Assembly: GCA_051362555.1 (NCBI GenBank)
Contig: CM120641.1
Location: forward strand, 36,276,401 to 36,340,400
DNA from: Lingula anatina
Lineage: Eukaryota; Animalia; Brachiopoda
Reading direction: 5' to 3'
DNA length: 64,000 nucleotides
Shown: positions 51,459 to 63,322 of the stretch, in pieces
Numbering within the stretch: position 1 is the stretch's first letter
Layout of the letters: each line of letters begins with the position of its first letter
Notes under the pieces: generated by a model
The model's input: only the letters and a program-made list of their open reading frames with translations
Database searches by the model: none
Told to the model about the DNA's origin: nothing
Made by a program: the position numbers and the translations under genes

Positions 51459-54400
51459 GTATGTGCAAACTTTTTAAGCTTCTCATATAAAGAAAAAAGT
51501 ATTTTTTTAGATTTGAGAATGGTGCTTGTATTAAATTATTTATTCATTTTTTTTTTACTCTTTATTATTCTCAGTACTTAAGTATAATCACATGTCATGT
51601 AACATATGCTCCAAACACAAAGTGAAGGGTTGCTATTGAATTAGCTCAACCTCAGTGCCCTGAACCATAAGACCCTTGCCTGAAGAAAACAAGTGTTTTT
51701 GGCCCACGGTTTCTATATAACAATTGCCCTTGTTCATCTTATCATTGGTTATATTCACCCTTGATGAGGGTCAGCAGATATGAAGCAGCAGGCCCTCCAA
51801 TTGCCATAAGGCTAGGGGATTTGCATGAAAAAATGAGGTTTGGTGACTTTCAGGAAAAGGGAATTCGGTCTGGGGGATCATCTGTCAGTGTGAGTTAGTG
51901 AAGAAAGTGAATCAGAGAACAGTGATAAAGCTATTAACATGATATTAGAAGAGCTAAGAAAGGCCGAGTGTTTGTCATATAGTACCTTTATGATAAAGAA
52001 CATGTGGGGGCCCCCAGAGGAGGTAATTCCGGACAAAAAAAAGTACCACACTAGTTTAAATCATGTTAGCGGAAGGTCTTCACAATTTTAGCAATAAAAG
52101 TGAAGGGATCTGATACCATGAGGGAAATAGAGAAGGATAATAAAACCAATCAAATCCAGATGAAAAAGGATTAAGCTATCACTAAGTTTTTGTAGCTGGT
52201 AGTTCTGCTGGACCGGTGCCGCCACCCTTTTGACCTAAGCTCCACCCAGACGGAATCAGCACAAGGAAGTCAGATTAAAATTGAATAAAGCCCACAAGGG
52301 AAAATAACTTCAGATGAAATTTTATAAGCTGACATTTTTGTTTTTTAAGTCAGACAGAAGTCAGAACAGCTGTACATAATGCTTGGGCTGACTCTGTGCA
52401 TCAGTGATCAAACTGGTGCTGGAGTTTTGCTCAAAAAGATGTTCAAGATTGTTGCAGTTTCAGTTAAGTTGGAATGCACTGGTCTGACATTTCCTCTGGT
52501 TATGGGGAATGCAGTCTCAAAGCTTTAAATACTGAAAGAGTGCTTGGCTCATGTCCCTGAGAAATATTTGATATGGGAGCAATTGCACAAACTTTGCCAA
52601 TAGCTTTTATTGAATTTGATTGACTTGGTAAAGTGGTTTCAAAATTCTGTTTCAGTAGAAGGAACTAAATACCAACACCCAGTTGTAAATTCGTGTCTAA
52701 GATTCTTGTTAATAGTCTGAACTTCCATCTTTCTACAGTGAATGCACGCAAGATTACTGGCACACACATACATACATATCAACCTAAGTAAAAAAAAAAA
52801 ACATTTACATGACCTTGCTGATGTTGCAGTTTCTCCTTTATGTTTTTGGGGTTTCGGGTGTGGTCAGAGGAAAGCCAACTGTTTTCCACATGTCCGTGAA
52901 TGGAAAAGCATGTTTTTTCTCTATCATCTCAGGTAAAAAATAAGTCAAACAGTCATTTCACCAGTTTTTAATTGTTCATCAGTTGGAAGCATCAGTGGGA
53001 TATGGCAGCTGGGGTTAGATCTCTAGATCCCAAGCTACCATCAGGCTTACTTTATCAGTGATTTCTACTGACCATGCCTGCAGGATTAAGCTGTCTGAAC
53101 ACTTATCTTAATGTCTCCTGTAATGAGATTTAGCTAATTACCTCTAAATTAATAAGACTTTTGGCTGAGGTTTGCACTGAAGCTAACAAAAATCCATTCT
53201 AAGAGGTTAAAAGTGCGTGGACATTTATAGGATGCCATATTTAATGGCAAGACTTTTGGCAGGGATTTTGTCTTTAATATCACATAAAAACTACCGGACC
53301 CTTAAAAGGTTAAAAGTACATGGCCATTCCTTGAATGTCATATTTAGGCGGTGTTCTTTTTTTGTTTTTGATCACATGGGTGAAGTTCATTTTGGTATTG
53401 TTCCCAATATTGGGATTGTCACATTGAATTTGTGTGGCAAGTTTAGCTATTGTTTTAGCACCAGAAACACTTCTGAAGCCTTTTCCTGTTAAAAAAGTGT
53501 TACTCTGTTTTTTAACACCACCTTTTAGGGTTTTTAAAACACAGACTGTTTTTATGGTGTTGACCCTTTTGAGATGACAGTACTAATGAACTTATGATCC
53601 AATTAGAATGCATAATGTTTAAACATAAAAAAGATAATGGAGTTACTAATTAAAGCACAACAGCATGTATAGCACAGTAGGCCATATGACAATGCAGCTT
53701 GTGTAGAGAGAATGACTAAACCTGCAAAGCTGGTGCTGTTCATTGTCAGCATGAACTAATTGGACTTTCCAACTGGAAACTCCCGATAAGCCACACTTTT
53801 TTCCCTGGCAAGCTGGCCAGTAAAGTAGAAAAAGCATGTTTCAGTTAGGATTATCAACAGTTCTCCAGTTTTGTCAAAACCTGTCACTCTTTGTAATGTT
53901 TTGTTGGTTGCCCAAAGCATTTCTATTAACCTTTAACAATGCCATGTGTTTTGATTTAAGAAAAAATCTCCATTTGAATATTGTTTAGTTTTTTAAAGTG
54001 AGGTATGCTGGAGTTTTAGGTAATCAGTTTTAAAAACTGAAAAAAATGTAAGGGTTAGCAGCCTTAAGTACTGACAGTTCAAGATATGAAACAGCAATGA
54101 CCAACTTTTGCTTCTCTTTCTTTTAACTGTTTTGGTAAATTTCAAGATTGCTTTAGGACATCTAGTAATAAGTTTCCTGAGATAGTTCAGGACATGAAAT
54201 AATCTCACAGTGAGAGTATGACAAATCATAAACACCGACACAGGATTTTGCGGTAGGACCCCTGAAGTTCAAACTGATGCAAGTTGATTTGAAAGGAAAG
54301 GTAATAGAGGAACCTAAATTACATGGTAAGATGTAATGAAACCTGGTCTGCATCCTCCATGCCGCAGAGTTCACCTTTGTTGGGCTGTTGGGTATGGTCA

Positions 54401-55555
54401 TTACATTACACCAGCTTACATCACATTCAGGTGTTTCTGGGGGGGACATCCTGAGGTTTTGAACAGGAATTCTCTGTACCCGATACCTGACAACATCGGA
54501 TTAATAGTCTCTAATAGCATGGGGAAAGTTGGTAGAATGGAGTGGTTTTTCCTCTCAGAGGATAGTGAGAATGAATGCAAAGTGTGGTCTCTGCTTAAGA
54601 GTTCAGTGTGGGTTCTGTGTTTGAGTCAAGATAAGAACGTGTGCAGGTGTGCAAGCCAGATGGCTCAAGTGTTTCTTGCCTTCTTGTAAAGTAAAGGAAA
54701 TTGAAAAGACCAGGGGAGTTCCCTTGGTTTGCACTTTTGGGGTGAAACCTGTGGATTATTATGAAGAAATTTATACATGTTATGTATGAATAGTGACTTT
54801 GGTTGGCATATTGTGAAATTATTAGTTTTGTTTTTGAATGAAGGACAGATAAGAAGGATTGATGTCCTGAAGTGCTTTCATATCAAAGTGATTGTCTGTT
54901 TTCATTGGTTTATACTTTGTTTGTCAGGAGAAGATGACCTTTTGAAGGAAATGCACAGTAAAACCACCTTTATTCATGTGTGAGGTCTGCATATTTTTTG
55001 AACTGATAGCTGAAGATGACAGCTCAGGCAAGCAAACCCATACCACAATTTTACCTGTGCTTTACTGATATTTTGAATAGTGGGTGTTACATTTCCTGAG
55101 GCCATAGCACGTGCAGAATTTTGTTTAAGAAAAATTCTGCATAATTACTATGATAAGTGGAGTAAAATTTCTTCACATTTGTCATCCTTTTATAGGTGTC
55201 TTCGTGATGCTTTATGCTGCAAATTTATTGTTGTGTTGTGGAAATAATTCAGCTGAATGTGAAAAATGGGACAAAAGTTTTTCTGTAACAAGACATAAAT
55301 CACTGGCTTTTAGGCATGCCTATTATTATAGCTATCGAGAAAGAGAGTCATCTCTCTCCAAACAAAATATCCTTTTTTATTATTATGTTTAAATTTCCCT
55401 AATCATGCAATTTTATTTCAGAAAAATGTGAGCTTGCAGAAAATATTTCAAAAATGCTGCTTTTGTCTACCAAGTAGAAGCAAATCAAATGGTCTGTGGT
55501 GTTGAAGGTTAATTTAATCAATTTATTAAAATCTATATATACATTTTCTTTTCAG

Positions 55556-55693
55556 AAAAACCTGGGCAAGATGTAAAAGATATTGCACTGTATGTGGGCG
55601 TGTCCCTAGCTGTGCTAGTACTTGCAACTATCATTGTGATTATAATATTTATGATTCGAAGAAAAGACCAACGGCAATTTGATATGGACTTGG
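55556..55693 (+). CDS. UNC5: UNC5 transmembrane exon
   Basis: ttttcAG / G|GTAAGT; 138 nt, phase 1-1; EKPGQDVKDIALYVGVSLAVLVLATIIVIIIFMIRRKDQRQFDMDL (DxALYVG motif, then basic stop-transfer). Missed by the ORF track. Confidence 0.95.
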
Positions 55694-57291
55694 GTAAGTG
55701 TGCCTCTTAAAAATACAACAAAGTGAGTGTAGAATTTGTTTTTGATAACTTTGATATAGTGGGTATATAGAACATTGTTTTATTGTACCTAGATAGGGGT
55801 GGCACTTGAGAAAAAAAGTCAGAGAGGCGATCTCTAGAATGCTTAAAATTTATAGGTTGGAAAGAGAATTGTTTTATTTCACCTTCTGAAGTGCTTTTCA
55901 GTTTAGACACTTGTCATGAAGTGTGTTTGATTGATGAAATAAAAGACATGTCCCACTGTCCCAGAAACCAGGAAAACAAAAAATCGCTGGATGTAATACG
56001 GCCACAAATGTTTCTCAACCTTCATCTTTTTCATTGTTGCCTCATTGAAATTCTTGTCAGCTTTTAGGAGAGTCTGTAATAAGTGCAATGGCAAACAAAC
56101 CTCCCTTTTCTTTCCACAATATTAGTTATAAATGGCTCTTTGGCATGACACAGGAGTCAAAGGTATGGAAGCGAGTGAGTTGCACAGCGTTGCAGGGGCA
56201 TTATCATGTTGGTATTTGGGTTGCCACCATGAGCCATATAGGGGAGGACTGTGTCGTTGATGGATACAGGATTTGATTGTAACTGAAATGCTGAGGAGAA
56301 TACAAAACAAAAGAAATCCATCTTGATTTGCTGAGATGAAAGCAAGTGCATTCTTTTCTGGTAGTGAATCAGTGGGTAGGAATTCCTATGAACATTTGGC
56401 TCTTTTGTTTTTTTCTGATCTATACTGTACATGTAATCTATTGTTTAATCAGTTGATAAAGAAATGGGGTATTTGTTCTCAAAGCCATCCAAAAAACATT
56501 TGGAATTGGATATGCCATATGATTATTACAAATTTGGCACGAAAAACAGCAGATGGGATAAAAAATTGAGGAATGGGTTTTTTTTCTCCTGATAGTTTAT
56601 ACTGGTGGAGAGGAGAGTTGACATTTTCAGATAGGCGCATGTAGTTCATTTCATTAAATGAGAATGAACATTTGCCTGCACACTATGTGCTTTTGTGCCA
56701 CCACTGTCAGTTATAATTGCATGGCATAGTCTCCAAAGTCCCCTTTGGGCTTTGTCATAGTTGTGCGTAATTGGCCAAATTTACCTGATGAAGACCACAG
56801 CTTCAAAGGCCGCTCTTGCTCTTGCTAATAATTTTCTACCTAACAATATGGCATTCTGCCACATGCAACCACAAGTTTCCCTCTGCACATGAAAAAAAAA
56901 AAATCCAGAGTCCGGCCAAATGAGTTACAGTACTTGGGTGTTATCTGCACCACTGGCATTTTCCTGGAGCAATAAAATGGGAGATTTTGGTGTAGATTAC
57001 TCCCTAATTGATGGGAATGATTTGGCTGCACTATCAATAAAATGGATTTTATATCCTTGTTGCAATTAAAGTCCCATGTTCTTGATGTATGAAAATGTTA
57101 AAATCTTTTTAATAGCTGCCTGGTATTTTTTAAACTGAAGATGAAGTTAAAATGTTTAGAATTTAAGTTTATATCAAAATGAATGCATACGATGCTAATG
57201 AATATTTAGGGGAAAATCGGGATAATTAAGCCCTTTATTGCTTCTGTTCCTCTCTAGAAAAAGTAAGGTGAATTTTTTTTTTCATTTCCAG

Positions 57292-57348
57292 GTGAGCGCA
57301 GCCTTCCCCAGTATGATGATGAAGATAAAAAGCCAGCTAAAAATGGAG
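57292..57348 (+). CDS. UNC5: UNC5 57-nt juxtamembrane cytoplasmic exon
   Basis: poly-T ccAG / GAG|GTATGA; phase 1-1; GERSLPQYDDEDKKPAKNG. Confidence 0.8.
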
Positions 57349-57971
57349 GTATGAACATAAAAATTGGAACCAACTCATCATGTAGTACTACAGGTGGAAG
57401 AAATAAATACAAAAAGAAAAAATATACTCAAATAGCAAACAAAACACAGTAGACCTACATTGTACAGCAGCTTGTTGTAACAGCAGGAGCTGCAGGTTGA
57501 TAAGTGTTAACAGACACACACACGCACTCACACAAGTTGTGGAGTTTTTTGGGTAGTTTATACCATAGTGGAATTACTTGAAAAGCAGATCTGTTTTGTT
57601 CTTATTGCTTGGTTATTATTGATATTCAGTTAGAACTTTTTTTGGTGATAAACTATAGTGTTTATAAATACCCAATCATGCAGATTATTACAATGATGTC
57701 AATGTGTGGTATTGCGCCAGAGAGATGTTGCAATTGTAGTAGTTGAGAAACATTTGTATACTTACATACTGATATTGAAACACTGTTTTAAACTATGTAT
57801 ACATTAAATTTTACCTGTTGAGGTACACATTATTAAATTAAATTGTGGTTTTATTTTATCTTGTACTGGCCGAGTTTCAACTAAAATTGCTTTTATACGT
57901 GCATATCTTGTATTTATTTATATATATTTATTTATTTATATATCTTTATGCTTTGTCATTGTATTTTCCAG

Positions 57972-58487
57972 CTTTGGTTCAGCCAGATCTTACCCAAACC
58001 ATTGCCCCAGTCAGGACCCACAGTCTATATGACCAGCCTCCACCCAACAACAATCACATAGACGCCATGGAGAAAATACCCATGTTAAATGGACACACTC
58101 ACCCAGTTGAGGATTCCCCGATCATCGACAAAAAATCAAAGCATTTGTACATACAGCTTCCGGGAGAAGAGAAAACAGATTCAACAGAGAAATTGACTTT
58201 ACAGAAATCTAAAGCCTCTCTGAAATCATCAACTTCTGGCTCAAGGCCTCAGTCTGAATATGACACTGATAATAGTAACAGACAGTCAGTTACTTCTAAT
58301 CTGCTGCCTAGCAATATAGACGTTGAGGCATTAGCGTGGGGAAATATTACACACGCTGGTGGGATGCTTACCATTCCAGAAACTGGAGTTAGTGTTAGCA
58401 TCCCAGAAGGTGCTATTTCCAAAGGCAATACAGAGGAAATATTCATCGCAGTTTGCCGAGATGATAAAGACAGACCAAAATTATCAG
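57972..58487 (+). CDS. UNC5: UNC5 cytoplasmic linker and ZU5 N-part
   Basis: ttccAG / CAG|GTACAC; 516 nt, phase 1-1; QPDLT motif and GGMLTIPETGVSVSIPEGAI ZU5 signature. Confidence 0.95.
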
Positions 58488-58808
58488 GTACACATTGTTT
58501 GTTTCAAAATAAGGGAAGGGATATTACAGTTTACGTATTGCCAAAGGAATTGTATTGTAGTTGTGTTTCAACATGGTTGCCTCGGGCCATCAAAAATGTT
58601 GGAGATGAGATTTTGATTTTTATTTTAAAGTAAAAAAATGTCTGAAGCAAAAAACATGAAATAATATAAAGTTGTTTGTAAAAAGATTATTATATATTCA
58701 ATTGTAAGGGGTATTTTTTTTAAATGCAAATTGTTTAGCATTGTTGAACCATATTGATATATTATGGCTTTTGGAGATTAAATCTAACCAAACAGTCTTC
58801 CATTTTAG

Positions 58809-58975
58809 ATAAGCAGACGATCCTCAGTCCCATCCTGCTGCTGGGTCCTCAGGGCCTTGCCCTCCACAAGCCAGTTATTGTGTCTTTCCAACACTGTGCC
58901 AGCCAAAAACATGGCCTCTGGGTTATGAGAGTGTATGGGAGTGGGACAGCTTATGATGAACCACCAGCATGGAAA
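58809..58975 (+). CDS. UNC5: UNC5 ZU5 C-part
   Basis: ttttAG / AAA|GTAAGT; 167 nt, phase 1-0; TILSPILLLGPQGLALHKPVIVSFQHCA. Confidence 0.95.
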
Positions 58976-59707
58976 GTAAGTGTTTTATAGATTTTCATAT
59001 TGTTGCCTTTTTTTTCAGAATAAAAGGTTCAGTTGCCCCCCCCCCCCCAAAAAAAAAAAAAAAAGAAAAAGAAAAAAGGAATGCCCACAACCTTTGAACC
59101 AACAAATAATCAGTCACAGCTAACTAGTTTATATGTTTTAAAATCATTTTGACTGACAATTTGATCATTGCTCTCATATGTTATTTATTTAACCTGAAAA
59201 GAAGACACTGAAGTGATGATACATTTGTCAAAAAATAAACAAAAAAAATAAATTGAAATGGTTTCACATATTTCTCATTTAACAAGTGTTTTATATTAGT
59301 AGCCAAATATATGCTTGAATCACAGTTTGAGTCAGATTCATCAGCAAAATGCCTAACAGGAAATTAGCCACATGAACAATGGTAATTGGCCCATAAATGC
59401 CACGCTGTGAAGTTGCCATGGGGTAGAAGTTGTGTCTAACACAGCGGCATCATTTCACCTCCAGTGCCAATTGTTTCATTGTTGTTTTGCTATGGCAAAC
59501 AAGGGAAAACCTCATGCATTGACAAAAATGGGTCATCTTTTTTTAATGTCTTTGAAATAATTAATATAAAGCCAAATTTAAGCTCCATGCAGAAATTGTT
59601 TATATTGGTTTATTTGTTTTTCATTATTAGATAAATTCCTTTTAAACTTTCTGAAGCTTTTGTGGCTTCCTTCATTGTAATTAACAAGATATTAAATAAT
59701 TTTTCAG

Positions 59708-59944
59708 CATTTAGTCACATTTGGAGAAGAGACACTAAATACCCCAATTTACTGCCAAGTTGATACAAATTGCTGTCATATGATGACTGATCAACTGTGC
59801 CGTTATGCTCTGATCGGAGAATCTATGCAGGGGACTGCTGCGATGAAAAGACTGAGGCTAGCTGCATTTGCTCCTGCAGTAGCATCTTCCATAGATTACA
59901 GTATTAGAGTATATGTTGTTGAAGATACGCAAGATGCTGTTGAG
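59708..59944 (+). CDS. UNC5: UNC5 ZU5/UPA exon
   Basis: tttcAG / GAG|GTACGG; 237 nt, phase 0-0; HLVTFGEETLNTPIYCQ...YALIGES...KRLRLAAFAP...YSIRVYVVEDT. Confidence 0.96.
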
Positions 59945-60135
59945 GTACGGACTGCAATCCCATTTTAAGAATGTTTTTCTTGACAGAAACATTAGTTTAC
60001 TATGCTACTGTGCAAAATATTTTTAGTTAACAAAAATGAGACATTACAATTTTTTATGTTTTTCGAATGATATTTGGTTTATAAATTGATAAAAAACATG
60101 TTTTCAATATCTGAATATTACATTTCTGTTTTCAG

Positions 60136-60282
60136 GGTGTCATTCAGCTGGAGAAAAAACTGGGGGCAGCTTTGTTGGATAGACCAAAGCAAATTCTCTT
60201 TCAAGATGGTGGTAACAATCTTTGTCTCACTATAGAAGAACTGGCCCCAGGATGGAGGAGTAAACTCACAGCAAATTACCAA
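60136..60282 (+). CDS. UNC5: UNC5 UPA exon
   Basis: tttcAG / CAA|GTATGA; 147 nt, phase 0-0; GVIQLEKKLGAALLDRPKQILFQDGGNNLCL...WRSKLTANYQ. Confidence 0.95.
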
Positions 60283-60450
60283 GTATGAAAATGATATAAT
60301 GGAAGCATTTTGTCAGATAAAGTGAGAGAGCATGAAAATCTTATTTGTTTACTTTACACATTATAAAACATAATGTTGTATGTATTTAAGATGTATCTGA
60401 TAATGAGCATGAGTGAATCATTTACGTAATTCTATTTTTGCCGTCTCCAG

Positions 60451-60621
60451 GAGATTCCATTCCGCCATATTTGGAGTGGTAACCAGAACAATCTCCACTG
60501 CTCTTTCTCCCTGGAGCACACAGATGGCCTGCAGCAGACGGTCAGCTGCAAGATAGGAGTGTACCAAAAGTCAATACTCGGCAATAGAGCAGTTTTACAA
60601 ATAGTCAGCAATCTCACTGAA
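60451..60621 (+). CDS. UNC5: UNC5 UPA exon
   Basis: ctccAG / GAA|GTAAGT; 171 nt, phase 0-0; EIPFRHIWSGNQNNLHCSFSLE...CKIGVYQ. Confidence 0.96.
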
Positions 60622-60799
60622 GTAAGTTTTGAAATGGAAATGTTGTAAGACTAAGGATATTTCTTTTCATTTGAACTGGTTACCAGTATTGAATACTTTT
60701 TCATTTCAGATGAAAAATAAATAATTAATTCTTTTCATGATGTTCACTCAAGTAAATATATATGTCATTGTAATACATGTACTGACCTTTGTCTTCCAG

Positions 60800-60909
60800 A
60801 AAGTAATTCCTAGTCCCACAGTACCAGGCAAACCCCGGGCCTCCACTACTGTCTCCAGCTCTGGCTGCAGCTCAATGGTCACACTGGACCAGGCACAGAA
60901 AGCTTTCAG
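60800..60909 (+). CDS. UNC5: UNC5 UPA-death domain linker exon
   Basis: ttccAG / AG|GTAAGG; 110 nt, phase 0-2; KVIPSPTVPGKPRASTTVSSSGCSSMVTLDQAQKAF. Confidence 0.92.
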
Positions 60910-61105
60910 GTAAGGCAGAATCAAGCCTAAATTCATTTCTTTTGTAAAATTCTAAAAAAATTTGAATCATAAAATTTGTTGCAAAATTTCTTTGCATTGG
61001 AACTTTTTCCAAAAATTCAGACAAATGGTTTTTATATCATATCGCTTATTTATAGAAAATGTCACCATTTCTTCCTTTAATCTTGTATTTTCTTGATAAT
61101 TCTAG

Positions 61106-61207
61106 GCTTCCAAGCCAAATCAAGACCAAGCTATGCGCATATTTGGACCCACCTAACAGTCGGGGCAATGACTGGAGGATGCTTGCTCAAGCTCTTTGTG
61201 TAGATAG
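61106..61207 (+). CDS. UNC5: UNC5 death domain N-part
   Basis: ttctAG / AG|GTAAGG; 102 nt, phase 2-2; [30 protein letters not shown]. Confidence 0.96.
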
Positions 61208-61425
61208 GTAAGGTGAACATTGCTGTAATTAGTAAAATCAAAGTGAAAATGAGAAGTTAAAATACAATTTGGGATTTATCAGTTCACTTTTCCCCATATG
61301 ATCCTTTTAGTGAAATAGTTATTTTCAACGTACATCTTTGGAGGTGTTGTCTAAATTAGTAACTTGTTAAAGTAGAAATTTGTGATTAATGTTTTAATTG
61401 TTTATATCTCATCTCTCCATTCCAG

Positions 61426-61597
61426 ATATATTAATTTCTTTGCCTCAAAACCAAGCCCAACAGAACATATTTTAGATCTCTGGGAGGCCAGGCATCGAGA
61501 AGAAACAGCATTGACGGATCTCATGAACACTTTAAGAGTGATGGACCGATTTGATGCTGCTGCTGTTTTAGAGAAAGAATTGGGACCTTGGCTATAG
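61426..61597 (+). CDS. UNC5: UNC5 terminal coding exon, death domain C-part
   Basis: ttccAG acceptor; YINFFASKPSPTEHILDLWEAR...MDRFDAAAVLEKELGPWL then TAG. Confidence 0.96.
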
Positions 61598-63175
61598 ACA
61601 CTTGTATGGCGAATATGCTGCTGCTTATTGAAAATATTGAAAAGGCCCTTCAAAGTGTTCGGGCCATGCTTGTGCAATCAGTTTCCGTGATGAGTAAAAC
61701 AATCCAGATCATCATGGATATCTATAAGGCTTTGTGTGCTGCCATCTATAGGTCATTTGACTGGAGCCTGACTGACACTCATGGGCCTGGGAACTGACTA
61801 GCTAGTCATCATGCAAAATGCCATAATGAAGATGCAATCTTCATCACAGAGGCTTCTGTGCCATGTCAATATGTTATGATAATATAAAATAGTGTCAGAC
61901 CGAAGGCAAATTAAATACCGGGCTGGACTCAGAAAAAGATGAGAAGTGGTGGAAGGACGAGGTCTATTTTTTTGAAGGATCATAACTGAAGTCGTGAGGC
62001 ATATTGGTGCTAAGGTTACAGTTCAGTTTTATGACTGCGTATGAACAGTGGTATCACTTGCAGAGCATGTTTCATACCATATGTTCATAGCTTTATTACA
62101 TTAAAAATGCTCATTTAACAAATCCCTATGATGTAACAAAGAGAAATTCATGTTTTGATGTTAACTAGCTGTTGGAAAACTTACAAACCCTGAAAGAAAA
62201 ATAGCCCCAATGAAAGAAATTGTCTGTAAGTTGATGGAAATCTGGGAATGCTTCTGTGTATTGCATCTGTGGATTGAAACAGCCTTTCAGACCTTTGTAC
62301 ATTTGTAGAGATGTAGAAAAATGTATATTTTGTTTATATTTGTAAATATCAGACTATTAAAACTTTTATAGCCTTGGAGTTGTAATTAAGTTACAATGGA
62401 CAGAAGTTGTTTAGTGTATGTAGTTGCTTTATATGAAAATTTATTCACCTTCCTGATGTTAAAGATTTTATGAAATACAACCAAAGCTTAGTATCCATTG
62501 TAGAGTAATGAATAGGACATCCTTTCCTGCTGAACAAAAAAAATGCATTTCACACTGAAAACAATTTAGACTATAGTAACCAGAAAACTTAAATGTACTT
62601 CTTTCTAGGCTCTTTTACTCCAGGTATAAATTTATATTTTTTAGATTGAGCTAAGATTGTAGATAAATGGCAAAAGAAAGTAGAATATTCTATGTTATTA
62701 TCAAAAACATAGGGTTTCTATACATTGTGAGTAGCATTAACCATCCATTTTGATGCCAAGTAGGGTCCGTACGACTAAGCATTATATTATTGTGACTTGT
62801 TAACCATTAATTAAGTTTATAAATCCAGATAGTAGCACAAGCATCACCTATAACAGCATTAAAAAATAGCAGTTCTTTATGTAATTGGTAGTTATGTTAT
62901 TATTTATCTTGCTAAAATTGTTGTCTCGGAGGTTATTTCTTCCAATAGCCAAAATGTTTTATAGGTAGTCCTAAAGTTAATATATGAGCACGTTATAAAT
63001 GGAAAAAAAGAGGCATTCTGTGTATATTCAGAGACAAAACTTGAAGGAAAACATAAGCAAATATTTGTAATAAACAGCTGAAGAAATACAGGGTGTCCCT
63101 TTGTTGTTTGGAGTAAGAAATTAATTTTATTGAATTTTTTCAAAATAAAATTTTAAGAAAAGATGTTGTTTAAAA

Positions 63176-63322
63176 AAACGATTCTGGGAACCAGAAACAA
63201 GTGTACATTTTCGAAAAACGAACCTGGGAACAAGAAACTGTTTTCTTTTTTTTAAACGATTCTGGTAGCCAGAAACTAGTGTCGTTTTTCAAAGAAACGA
63301 CTCTAACGCTGAAAAACCAGAA
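63176..63322. repeat. degenerate ~39-40 bp minisatellite (about 4 units)
   Basis: AAACGA(TT/AC/CT)CT...AGAA units starting near 63176, 63216, 63254 and 63295; units 1 and 3 are more alike (78-bp higher-order period) and contain the mini inverted repeat TTCTGG-N3-CCAGAA. Confidence 0.75.

Noticed and set aside
52910-52938. Pyrimidine tract + CAG|GTAAAA, resembling a recursive ratchet point
   Set aside because: The regenerated donor is weak and the intron is only about 4 kb, so chance is likely.
61588-61797. ORF overlapping the UNC5 stop, and possible stop-codon readthrough
   Set aside because: The ORF starts at a TTG in a different frame with no recognisable homology. The TAG-A context is not a leaky readthrough signal, and the in-frame extension is short and unremarkable.
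63176-63322. Spaced repeats superficially like a CRISPR array
   Set aside because: Eukaryotic context, degenerate repeats, related spacers and no cas genes.
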